Shown: positions 34,601 to 45,700 of the stretch, piece after piece
Layout of the letters: the number at the start of each line of letters is the position of its first letter
Numbering within the stretch: the stretch's first letter is position 1
From: Bugula neritina
Lineage: Eukaryota; Animalia; Bryozoa
DNA: 64,000 nt
Direction of reading: 5' to 3'
NCBI GenBank assembly: GCA_964035545.1
Contig: OZ037773.1
Span: 2,571,751-2,635,750 of the forward strand
Program-made: the position numbers and the translations under genes
Notes under the pieces: model-generated
The model's database searches: none
Seen by the model: the letters and a program-made list of their open reading frames with translations, nothing else
What the model was told of the DNA's origin: nothing

Positions 34601-37600
34601 TTCTTTTGTTTGCAATGGCAACCGACTGTGATACACGATAATAATATTGAAATACTAAACACAGTGTGTTGCCAAATTAAACTTCATGTTAGTCATTATT
34701 TCAGTTACAAACCGGTGAGGCAAACTTGTATGAAATAAGATTGTGCAAAGGGTAGAAATATTATGCCGAGAAAAACAAATCAAATACAGTAGAATTTTTT
34801 TATCCCACTCAAAGACATTTTTACTGAAGCACTGCAGGTTAAACAATGTGAGAACTTTGAAAACTTTCGTTTAACTGAGTGTCTAATATATAGCCTTATG
34901 AAGGTTGCTCATTACCTGAAATGGTATTACCAAACACACAAATATTTTAATTTATAAAAACAAAGCTTTTAGCAATTTTATTGTCTATATTTTCTAGCTA
35001 CATTATGCATAAGTGAGATTTGATTAGCAAACACTAGTTCCAAAAATTTCTAGATTATATTATTTTGTTTTGTAGGGAGGATATGAATGTGATGTTAGCA
35101 TTACCTTTTGATCTTTCTAGTGGTCAGATCAAGGCTTTTACTATCATTGTATGCGACATGATATCTTACCTTCCTAAGGAGTACTATGATGGTAGACTCA
35201 TAGCCAAGTTGCCGTCTTATAAAGTAGTAGGTTTCTATTATGACGTATCTGCTTCTTGTTTACCACTTTATCTTTTTGTTTACCACTTTGTCTTTTCATC
35301 TGTTGCTATAGTTTCTTATTTATTGCTTATATAGCTTTTTGCTTGCTTTTTATCGACTGCTATAGCATCTTTTCTTGTACTATAGCATATTGCTTGTTGC
35401 TATAATTATGTTGTTGCAGTGAATCAGTGACTCAGCCTTCATTCCTACATTCTATAATATGCTATATTTACACTTAGTTATTTCAGGAGAAATTTGAACC
35501 ATTCTCTAGATTAGTTTTTTTAGCAATAGACCTGCAACATGTTGTACTTGTATATACATGTACCTACCATTTGAGGTAGGTGCAGTAATGAAGAAAAGCC
35601 TGTGTTTTGAATTGAAAATGTATCAACAGAAGTTAAATGTTCTCGCAAAAATTTCAACCCCGCCCCACACCAAAATCTATAAAGAAATTTGAAGAGCTTG
35701 GACTATTTCAATTTCTCTACTATTGCACTTAAATGTACCATTTAATGTAGATATTTACATTTCGCTCATTAAATTAACTTGGTGATTTCAGTTTAATGAT
35801 TCATATAAAATGCTACAAAGTATTTTATTTACCAACATAACCAAGTAATGCCAAGCTTTTAATTAATATTACTTTTTATTGTTGTCTGTTGTCAGGTAAC
35901 AGATGAAAAGAATGGCACATTCATATGGGGGTGTTACCAGACAATGCCGCCCTGCCCAGTTGATAAGGTTGATGAGTGTGAGGGTATAACATCTCTCAAC
36001 ACTGGCTTTATTAGAAATTATGTGATACCACGGATGATGTACCAAGTGAGTTCTGAAACGTAAGTTCTTTCAAATGTCCATCAATCACAATGACTGAAGT
36101 AATGAAACCTTACCCATAATTTGCTTTTCACCTTAACACTTTATAAATAAAATGGTATATAGTTGCTATCATATATTACAATATTCTAGTAAGTAAACCC
36201 ATGATAGTTCATTAAAATTCAAGATGGCCGCCAGACTAGAAATATGCTCTGACTAGAAGCAAAGAGCAGTGGTATGATTTCACTAGCTGAATGATGTTGT
36301 AGGCAAAGGGAAGAGGAATATGGTTGTGCATTTATGTCTAAAGCTAATTTTTAAAAAGGAACAAAAGTTTACAAGGAGCTTTTAATAAATCACATAAACT
36401 TAAGTGTTGAAGGTAAAGTGAGTTTGGTTTTATAGCTGTAGACCAGACGATGTCAAGAAGATATACTGTAACGGGCCCTTGAAAGCGATGTCTAAGTTCT
36501 GTGTGAAGTTACGAACATTTAGCATGGATAACTATACAGACTCTCCTTGTTCTAATTCTATAGAAACAGGTGACTGCTCTATCTCCAGTAGATTGTATAC
36601 CTAACTGTATATGGAAGGGGGGGGGGTGAGTGTATATAGCTCTATCTCCAGTAGATTGTATACCTAACTGTATATGAAAGGGGGGGGGGGTGAGTGTATA
36701 TAGCTCTATCTCCAGTAGATTGTATACCTAACTGTATATGAAAGGGGGGGGGGGTGAGTGTATATAGCTCTATCTCCAGTAGATTGTATACCTAACTGTA
36801 TATGAAAGGGGGGGGGGGTGAGTGTATATAGCTCTATCTCCAGTATATTGTATACCTAACTGTATATGGAAGGGGGGTGAGTGTATATAGCTAGGAGGTA
36901 AATGTATATACCTAAGGGGGTAAGTGTATTTGGACAGGGGCGAGTGTGTATAGACAGGAGATGAGTGTATATAGCTAGGGGGTGAGTGTATCTAGCCGGG
37001 GGGGGGGGTGAGTGTATATATAGCTAAGGGGAGAGTGTATATAGGCAGGGGGTGAGTGTATATAAACAAGTGTAAGTGTGTATAGCTAGAAGGAACAGGT
37101 TTTAAAGGTATAAGAAATTAAGATTTGTTGTAAATAAAGCCCCTTTTTGGCACAAAAACCTTCTCTATGACTCCCTCATTTCAACTGGCAAAGTATATCA
37201 AGGTATAACCTGCACATATCTAGTTTCAGAATATGTGTTTTGTATTCTGGGTATAGAAGGTTTCCTAGCATTTGAAACAGAATAATTACAGTACAAGCAT
37301 TCACTGAACACTTGCTATTATATTCAACAGACGCCGAGTTCAACGTCTCAACCCTCTCCTCTCTCTTCATCCCTGTAACTCTGGTGGTAATGATGGTGGT
37401 GCTGGGTGAACTCTGCAGGTACAGATACCAGTCTGTCGCAGAGCAAGACTTCCTTCCTGCAGACGAGTTTGTCAGACTAAATGAACAGCAGGTAGAAATG
37501 AACACTGTTACTCAGACTAAGTTATTCTTGCAACTGAAGGACTAGTTCTTACTGCATGTGTTATAAAATTTCAACCCTCGCTCGAACCAAAATTTGATAA

Positions 37601-38392
37601 AAAAATTAAAGAACTTAGAGTATCTCAATTTTTCTACCACTGCTCCTAAATGAATTAGCAAAAGTAGAGGTAGCAGCCTATCTCAATGTTGTATTATAAA
37701 ACTTATTGTTTTACATTCACAGAAGCTGAACGTGATGTCATTGTTTGCATATAATGAGAAGATGATAGCCACTGGCATTCTACAGGGCAGCTACATAGTT
37801 GAGAGGATAGAGTCTGGCTCTGGGGCAGGTAATCAGTCAATGAGTGCAAATTGATAGGTTTTTATCACCTGTGGCATGTATTTATAAAGTTATGTAAACT
37901 TCTGAGTCTGTACCTCAAATACTGCTAATTTAGAAAACAAATTAGCAGTTGCTGGGAGCGCAATTTTAGAGATAGATACAGTAATGGAGAAATTGAAACA
38001 AGCCTTCATTCTAAACTAAAAATGTAGCAAAAGAATTTATGTTCTCGCAAAAATTTCACCTGGTGCCCCAACTAAAATTCATTAGGAAATTAAATAACTT
38101 GGGCAATCTTAATTTCTTCACTACTGCTCCTGAATGTAATTTCTACAGTGTCGTGATGCAGACATCACTCATTAATTTTATAAGCATAGGAGGTTGCAAA
38201 GATGTAGTGCATACCGTTTGTGTAAAATACATCAGCACATCTTGCAACTCTTTAAATTCACACAGTAAATAGGCTATTGCATTTACTGGTTCCATTGTTT
38301 TAGGTTCTAATATTTGCTATCTGCTCAAAGAGAAAGCAGGGGAGGTACACAGAACAACCAATGAGCTCCAGCATCAAGCAGATGTCATGTAG
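16669..38392 (+). CDS. Receptor paralog A: SP-NHL-like propeller-Cys-rich-CTL-CTL-TSP1-sushi array-FN3-like-RPTP-type juxtamembrane domain-TM-short tail (~1739 aa)
   Basis: Exons: 16669-16719 (tentative), 18706-18779, 19083-20035, 20730-20841, 21884-22014, 22504-22530, 22834-23052, 23489-23505 (tentative), 23816-23984, 24421-24624, 24819-24920, 25263-25486, 25893-26112, 27358-27555, 28439-28585, 28720-28887, 29141-29356, 29741-29962, 30215-30418, 31541-31732, 32079-32152, 32614-32742, 33536-33641, 33736-33857, 34206-34339, 35076-35226, 35896-36059, 36436-36569, 37331-37491, 37723-37828, 38304-38392 (tentative). They total 5220 nt with an open frame, and each except the tentative last exon has a same-phase counterpart in paralog B. 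Confidence 0.85.
16788..18240. repeat. Pyrimidine-rich compound minisatellite (ctactactctgtctct)
   Basis: ~1.45 kb of 14-19-bp variant units. Confidence 0.95.
19083..20035 (+). CDS. Gene A large exon: NHL-repeat-like beta-propeller domain
   Basis: ORF 19132-20049 has repeated DG-x(4-5)-F / IVAD / IRRI-type motifs (DGYGTDAKF..., LYVMEKYCIRRI, DGLIHQVRFN...IIVADSEDKVLRIVNL). Acceptor ttgtag at 19082, donor G|gtgag at 20036. Confidence 0.7.
20490..20600 (+). repeat. Short tRNA-like repeat (second family); another copy at ~28110-28225 (-)
   Basis: gcccctgtggtttaattagttaa...ggtttgaatcccagtg versus gcccctgtggtgtaatggctag...ggttcgaaccccagtg, with similar 5' flanks. Confidence 0.55.
21046..21381. 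mobile_element. Tourist-like (PIF/Harbinger) MITE, copy 1
   Basis: TIR GCCTAGGGCCACAC...GTGTGGCCCTAGGC, TTA duplicated on both sides. Confidence 0.88.
23941..24181 (+). repeat. 63-bp x4 tandem repeat spanning an exon end and splice donor
   Basis: Unit catcttaccctctctgtcaaacaatgtcaaaccctgtcaata|gtaggtctgattctatcataa. Confidence 0.95.
25893..27555 (+). CDS. Gene A C-type lectin-like domain 2 (two exons)
   Basis: W..EP...CY...KVTYDDAVDYC...ASLAKI...FWISGL...ECLQM...WQIKNC...AICQ matches the CTL fold pattern. No EPN/QPD or WND motif. Confidence 0.8.
26158..26397. repeat. ~59-bp x4 tandem repeat
   Basis: tatctctagtaacttctatacacaagtgtagttagaatatattaaaatac units. Confidence 0.9.
28439..28585 (+). 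CDS. Gene A thrombospondin type-1 repeat exon
   Basis: GWNSWQSWSSC...RVRGRNC. The counterpart in B at 51893-51750 reads GFTLWSPWSGC...RYRTRNC. Confidence 0.8.
28720..32742 (+). CDS. Gene A sushi/CCP domain array (six domains)
   Basis: C..P...G..V.Y.C..GF...TC..DG.WSG.PP.C patterns, mostly in phase-1 exons. The sixth domain is split across 32079-32152 and 32614-32742. Mirrored in B at 50852-45696. Confidence 0.88.
30794..31137. mobile_element. Tourist-like MITE, copy 2
   Basis: Near-identical to copy 1; TTA target-site duplication. Confidence 0.88.
31181..31496. repeat. 19-bp minisatellite (taactgaggtggtactagg)
   Basis: About 16 tandem units. Confidence 0.9.
33104..33447. mobile_element. 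Tourist-like MITE, copy 3
   Basis: Near-identical to copies 1 and 2; TAA target-site duplication. Confidence 0.88.
36436..37491 (+). CDS. Gene A RPTP-type juxtamembrane domain end and transmembrane exon
   Basis: YCNGPLK...FCVKLRTF...YTDSPCS resembles the membrane-proximal domain of R3 receptor tyrosine phosphatases. It is followed by the hydrophobic LSSLFIPVTLVVMMVVLG. B equivalents are 41744-41611 and 40499-40336. Confidence 0.8.
36576..37085. repeat. ~62-bp x5 poly-G-containing tandem repeat grading into degenerate gggtgagtgtatatagc units
   Basis: Begins a few bases after the donor at 36570. Confidence 0.9.
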
Positions 38393-39737
38393 GTTATATT
38401 TGCTGTTTATGAATCCATGTTTCCTAATTGTATTAACTGAGCCAGGATTTTTGCTGTTGCCACATGACTTAGAACTGGTCTACATGCTGCCTTGTAATAA
38501 GTTTCCAGGCAGCAACTTCAGACTGTATTTCTCTGTGTTAACAGAGGCTCTGTATGTGTATAAGTAATATCTTAGTAACTAATTTTTTTCACCTGTTGTT
38601 TTGGTTTTTTTAGAAAGAAACCATTAAAAACCTCTAAAAAATCTAAAAAGAAACACTCCCACACACCACCTGGATAGGATTATTTCTGCATTTTTTGTAC
38701 TTATTTTGATAAAATTATTATCAATCTTTTTACTGCCTTTAATTTTCTAATATTATACATTGTGTATCCTTTATGCAATGGCCTAAATAATGATAGCAAA
38801 TGAAATCATTGTATATATATATATATAATAATAATATTATTTAAAAATTTGAGAAATAAATACTAATATGTAATATAATTAAATTTTTTTTATACAAAGC
38901 GCATTATCTGTCCATTGGTAGTCCATTCAACCAATCAAGGCGTTTTCTGCTTTTGTTTTGAAGTAATAGAGGGTATAGTTTTTCCCTTGTTGTTTATACT
39001 ACAAAAGTAACGAGATATTTTACAAACATGTCTTAGCACCAAAACTAACATGTGCAGTTTTTTCTCTTACAAAACCTGAAGTTGAGATGAATGTATTGAA
39101 ATATCAACTTTAAATATATAAGTATATACATACTTTAAAGTGTATATATTACAATATATTACATATATACAATATATCATTTTATATGTAAATTATATGA
39201 TATAATTTACATCATATGTATAATATACATAATATGGTATTATATTATATAACATATTCTTATCATGAAATGCAAACTCCCGTTGTATATGCTTTAAATA
39301 TACCACCCGTATGTTATTACGTACCTGTTTTTATGGTCTGTTATTTTATAAGCTGCTAACGTATTTTCATCTGGTACTAAAATTAAAGTGAACTATTTTA
39401 CTCAACTAGGTTTAAGAAAATGCATGCGTTGAAAAGACAAGTCAGAGATAGTAAAAATTTTTTTCATGTTGCAAAGGAAATATAAGTTTTAAAAAATGAG
39501 AATAGTTGCCATTTTAACTTTTTGTACTTTCATGGCATAGCTCAGCTATTTTTAAAACAATAATATACATCTTACATTAAAGGCGCTTTTGGTCATCGTG
39601 TAGGGCCTACAGTTACCCCTACGTGTAGGGAATCCGAAAGCGCCCAAGTTATATTAGTATAACCAGGCTACTATATAATAGTAACTTCACACATGATATT
39701 ATATATTAAATTAATTTGTTTAGAAAATGAATCGCAC

Positions 39738-42700
39738 CTGCTAACAGTCCAACATCAAACAGCTCCGTCATATACTCCATGCTACATGCTCTCAACTGCT
39801 CTGCTGGATTATAAATATCTTCTAGACTTCCAATAAGCTGCAGTTAAATAATCATGTGTTCTTTAATACAACATTGAATGAAATTACTTTAAATATGCTT
39901 CGGGTCGCTAGTCCTATTGTGCAGCAATCAAGTTAAAGTTTATCATAATATAGTTAAAAATTTAAGTTCAATTTTTATAAGAAAACACCTGAAGGAAACT
40001 TTTTTTTAAAGCAGACTAAGAATTTATTCAATGGAACACAGCTGGAGCAATTATGACTGATTGTTCTCTCTAACATTATCGCGAGTGTTTAGATTACAAC
40101 CAATGAAGTATTTTTTATATGCAGCACTATAAATTGTGCTACGATTCCACAAGCACCACATGTGTCATGGTTACATTCATTTCTATTAATACAGAAAAAC
40201 ATATCTTTTTAAATAAAACAAGTTACTTACTAGTTTTCTATATATTCTGTAACTTTATTAAAGCAAAGTATTATGAGAGACAGTCAATTCTTTTTAAAAA
40301 ACTTTTCTGATATGACTAATGATTTGGAAAAATACCTGACTTTGGCGAAGGCCATGGAAAATGGGTGCCGGGACCAGCTCCACGTCTGTGTCAGAATTCA
40401 GTTTCACCTTACAAGATTCTCCCAGGACTACTATTGCCAGTGCAATCGTGAATGGGATGAGAAATGCAGCAACAAGATCCACATTGAAACCCGCAGGCTC
40501 TAGAAAATTCCAATTAACTCGTGTTACTTTAAACATTTCTTCCTTATAAACTAAACTAATTATACAGATTATTTTCATCAACTTTAATATAAGAAAAAAT
40601 TCTGATAGAATTGAGAGGAATAGAATGCTTTGCTGTTACTGAAAATACTTTATCATTTGACAATAGTGTATTCCAGTAAGAAAGTGTAAACATTATAAGT
40701 ATTTATATATTGTGATGACTAAATGACAAGCATTCTAATAAGCAAAAACGTAAACCATGCTGATTCAAAATAATGAAATGAAGGATAATTTGAAAATATC
40801 CGAAAATAAAAAATATCTTTATAGGCACATTAAATTTTTATCAAGGAAAACTTAAGCTTTCAATTTTAAATTAAAATCCCATCCTTCAAAGTTAAACCTG
40901 ATAATGCCCATCTTGCAGATAGTAAATCTTAGCCAAATAATAGCAATTGCTTTAGTACTGTGACGCCATAACTACTTGCCAGCACTTGAAGGATATATTT
41001 ACACCAAAACACTATTTGTGAGGTGCAAGCACATTGATGACACTGTATATCAGATTAATATACGCAATCTAATATACAGTGTCTATGAATCACCTTAGCT
41101 TAGTAATCGGTGGGGTGAGTATGCATTTGCTACAGCACATCCCCTCTAAAATAATCAGTTTGCTGAAAGCCCATAACTCGCTTGCTTCTAACTCATGCAA
41201 ACTGGGCTTATAATATTTAAAACTCTACTATAGCCACTTATTTTTCGATCATCTATAGCATGTGGCGTGAATAAAACTTGCGAAAGTTGATAGTCACCAT
41301 CCCTGTGAGAAACCCTTGATAGAAAGGGTGCCTTTTTCAAGTGGGCTATGGACTTATTCATCTATGTGGTACAGGAGCAATTATGACTGGATGCTCTTCC
41401 TAACATCACCAATGGCTTTTACTGGGGTCCGAACCCATGACTTCGTGTTTACTAAGTCAAACACTCTAATCCCTAGAGCTAAGCTGCTCCCTAACATGCA
41501 GCTTGAATAATGCAACATAAATAGCATGTTGTTGATATACTAAAGGTTATCTGTTCAAACTCTGTGTCAACCAACAGTTATGACATCATGTGTAAGTGAC
41601 AATGACTCACTAGTTTTTACAGGCTGGGAACAGGGAGAATCTAGGTAGTCGTCATCACTGTAAGCTCTCAACTTGAGACAGAAGAGGGAAGTGAGTTTAA
41701 GAGGACCGTTACAGTAGGTGCTGACACTTCGATGTGTGTCGCATCTGAAAACCAGTTCCATAAAAAGCTAGTAGCAACATAATGTCCATAGAAAGGCTGC
41801 ACAAAACGAATAAAATATTTTAAATATGTATGATATAAAATAATTTGTTCAAATAGCCCAAGAAAATAACTCTTTCATGGTGAATAATAATTGGTGATCG
41901 GTGTTCAAGCAACAATCAATAACCTTGATTTATAATAGTAGCACATCATTTTTGACCATGATTCAATGTTGAAAAATGTTTGAAATAAGCTGTACTTCAA
42001 TTAGTAAGTTTGCTGCAAGTATATTAGTTCAATATTTTATGAGTTTTTCACTGATATAAAATTTTCATGAAGTATAAAACTAATAAAACTAATGAACTAA
42101 CTATTTCTCTTCCTTTTGGCCAAAAGCAGAGTTTTTTGTCAGCCTTACCATTTTGAACTTACAAAACAAATAAACCTCCGATTAAAAAACTGCTCTAGTA
42201 GCTTTATTAAAAACTTATTTATCAGGTTTCCTGAAAATTTATAAAAAACACAAGAAGACAACTTCAGATTTTTCAGCCATCCCTGAGCTCAGATGAAGTT
42301 TTACGATACACATAAGGAAATGGAAATAACTTTACAAAAAAGTAAGTCGTACTTTTCTGTACCAACTTTGTATTTCAGGCGCTGTATTTCATAGTGTCTA
42401 ATATACCCAGAGTCTAAAGCCGCCACACCTTCACACTTATTCAGATCATGAACTGGGCAAGGAGGCATTGTCTGGTAACACCCCCATATGAATGTTCCAT
42501 TCTTTTCATCTGTTACCTGACAATAGCCATATTACTTAACATAAAGCCATCGAGAAAATTAATTATAATTTTTTGCTTGCCAAAGTCTAAACTGCACAAG
42601 TAAAATTTACAATAGGATATATATAGTAGATATATCAGAATAATATTATTTAGATATAACTTTATTATTTATACATATTTCATGCTTTTCTATGACTAAA

Positions 42701-45700
42701 AACTCTTATGCTATGCCTATCTTTGTACTTAAGTGAACATCACCATTAGTTTGAGTGAACTATTCTTGAAATAAAAAGTGAAGTCTAATTTTTATCAACA
42801 AATGGCAGATTTTTAGTCAATATCATAAATTGAAGTTTACAGAATGTAAATTTAATAATAATCAGATGTATTATAAAATAGTAAAGCTGGTGGAGAATAG
42901 AAGTGTATTGCAACTTACTGTAGTGTAATTAAAGAGTTTACTGATGAGTTTTCCATCATAGTACTGTTTGGGTAGATAATCTATCATATCACACACCACT
43001 AGAGTAAAAGCTTTAACCTCATTCTTCTTGATGTCAAACGGAAGAGCTAATAAGGCATTGAAATCATTTCTGAAACACAGTTAAAAATAATTACTATATA
43101 TTGGCCAAATCATACCATTAGACTATTTTAGTGTCATTACATAAACGGGACAACTGAAATTGGTGCATTTAACTCCAATGGAAACTTTTTAGCCTAAAAT
43201 GAACGCCTTGAAAAAAATGTTTTTTTTTTCAAATAAAAAATGAAATCAATATACTGGTTTTGCTCACTCATGCATTTACTTTTGCAAGTTTATAGTCACT
43301 ATTCCTGTGAGAAACCCCTGATGGAAAGGGTTTTTGTTAGATTGAGCTAAGGACTTGTTCAGATAAGGCACAGAAGTAATTATGACTGGATGCTCTTCCT
43401 AACATCACCAATGGCCTTTGTCGGTGTTCGAACCCATGACTTCGTGTTCACTAAGCAAACGCTCTAACCCCTAGACCACGGCTGCTCCCTCAATATGCTG
43501 ATTTTATTATCATTAGCTAAAAATTGAAATCTCATACTTGAAGAGTGGAGTGCTGTCGTTTGTAGAGAGGCCATATAACACCCGAGGTTCAAGACTTCTC
43601 ACATACACTGGTTTAGTGTTCAGAGTTTCATTGTACGCCCGGTTGCTATGTCCGTTTGCCATAGACTCCAGCTAAGGTACAGCATGCATAAAAAATTAAA
43701 ACTATTCTGCTGGAAAACCTGATATTCTTGTTTAACTATGCCTGGTTATGCGCAAAAAATTGCCTTACAAAATAAACCCTTTTTTAATATATGTTGTGCG
43801 GATAAAAGTGTTTGTAATTTCATTTAAATAGAATGCATAAGTCTAAAAGCAAACACTTGAGAGACTTGTATTTCTAAAGTACGTATACAATGTAATAACG
43901 TAAGTGAGGAAGTATTTCAGATCGATCTAGTAATTGTTAAAAGCCGCTGTTAGCTAGAGCCACATGGAATGGACTTGTACACAAACCGCTGGCAAAAAAA
44001 ATTGCACAAGAGGAAAATTAGGATTTTTTTGTATGAATTCCTTGCAGTCAAAATGTGGAATGATACGGTGAAAAGCTTCTGTGGCAGTGAATTAAATAGC
44101 TGATTATTATTCAACAAGTCCATTTTTTGTACTTCAGTTTTGCAGTTTTATTCCAAACCATGAAGTGCATTATTAAGAGTAGCAGATGAAACTTTAGAAC
44201 AAAGTAGCTCACAGAGATGCAGTTAAGCAATTGGCAAATAAAATTGGTCATCTTAGTTTCTCCCCAGCTTGCAACAGATTTTGTGTGACAGGTAACTCCT
44301 GCAGCAGAGTTTCGCTAAAAATTCTGCCTAATGTGGCCCCTACTATACAACTTATATTACATATGTGTGAACCTAATCAAATGTTGGGTAGATCTGAAAC
44401 TTTACCTTTAAGAAATAGGAGAAGCCAGGCAAAAGATAAATCTCTATAACCTTTATACCTGCGGCGGACATGTTAAATGGAACTGCAATCGAAGTATTCA
44501 GAATAATGTCTCCTCTCCTTTTTTCTCCTGAAAAAATATTTTGACCATTTTAGTCCACCAACAAAATGTATTCACACTGGTTGGAAAGTTCTGCATACCA
44601 AACCAGCATTGCATCTGAGCATTTCCTCAAACAGTTTGTATAATTAGTAGGATAGCTCTACCAGTTAAAAATATACAAAGCAGAGGCTATACAGTTTTAT
44701 AATAAAGGTTTTTGGTGTGCAAAAGAAAATAGTGTTTTTGCTTTGTAGCAACAGAAATATGTGAACTTTTGCTCTAAATATTGTATGTTGCAGAATTTTC
44801 ACTTTCACTCCTTACAGCTGTTAGTAATTTAATTTAATATTCCTTAGATAAAACCCTGAAACAGGTTCATGAGCATTTAAAATTGTCTGCTACCGTTGCA
44901 GATGGTCTTACTTTGAAATGCAAGAACAGCTAGAAAAACTACACATAGCCTTGAGTTTATACCACATCTATACCACAAATAGCCTAAGTGTCATAACACA
45001 ACAGACTTTACTCTTATTATTGTAGCAGATAGCCTACCTGTAGCTATTAAGTTATACTTGACAGTGATTCCATTATAGCTAAGTTTTTGTATCAATGATA
45101 TGGTTAAGGTACGGTTTACTAGACTCTCAATCTTCAATGAGTGCTAGAAAAGAGACTCAGTATAGTATTTGAATATGAAACAGGCAGTGCAGAGTAGTAT
45201 ACTTACTTATATACAAGTTCAGTCTACATATACTTACTAATATAGGCAACATGCAGTTCAGTGCAATATACTTACTTATATTGTAAGTAATGTACAATTC
45301 CATCTACACATAGTACTTACATATAAGTAACGTTCAATTGAGAGTAGCATACTTACTTATATACAGTTCAGTATACATATACTTACTTATATAGGTACCT
45401 TACAGCATAGTGTAATATACTTACATATAAGTAACGTACAGTTCAGTCTACATATACTTACTTATATAGGTAACATACAGTTCAGTGTAATATACTTACA
45501 TATATAGGTAACTTACAGTTCAGTGTAATATATACTTACATATATACAGTTCAGTGTAATATACTTACATATATACAGTTCAGTGTAATATACTTACATA
45601 TATAGGTAACTTACAGTTCAGTGTAATATATACTTACATATATACAGTTCAGTGTAATATACTTACATATATACAGTTCAGTGTAATATACTTACATATG

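Noticed and set aside
26158-36900. Regularly spaced repeats resembling CRISPR arrays
   Set aside because: No unique spacers, no cas genes, and a eukaryotic intron context.
37723-39837. ITIM/ITAM motifs in the receptor tails
   Set aside because: Tyrosines are present but none fit [ILVS]xYxx[LV] or the ITAM spacing.
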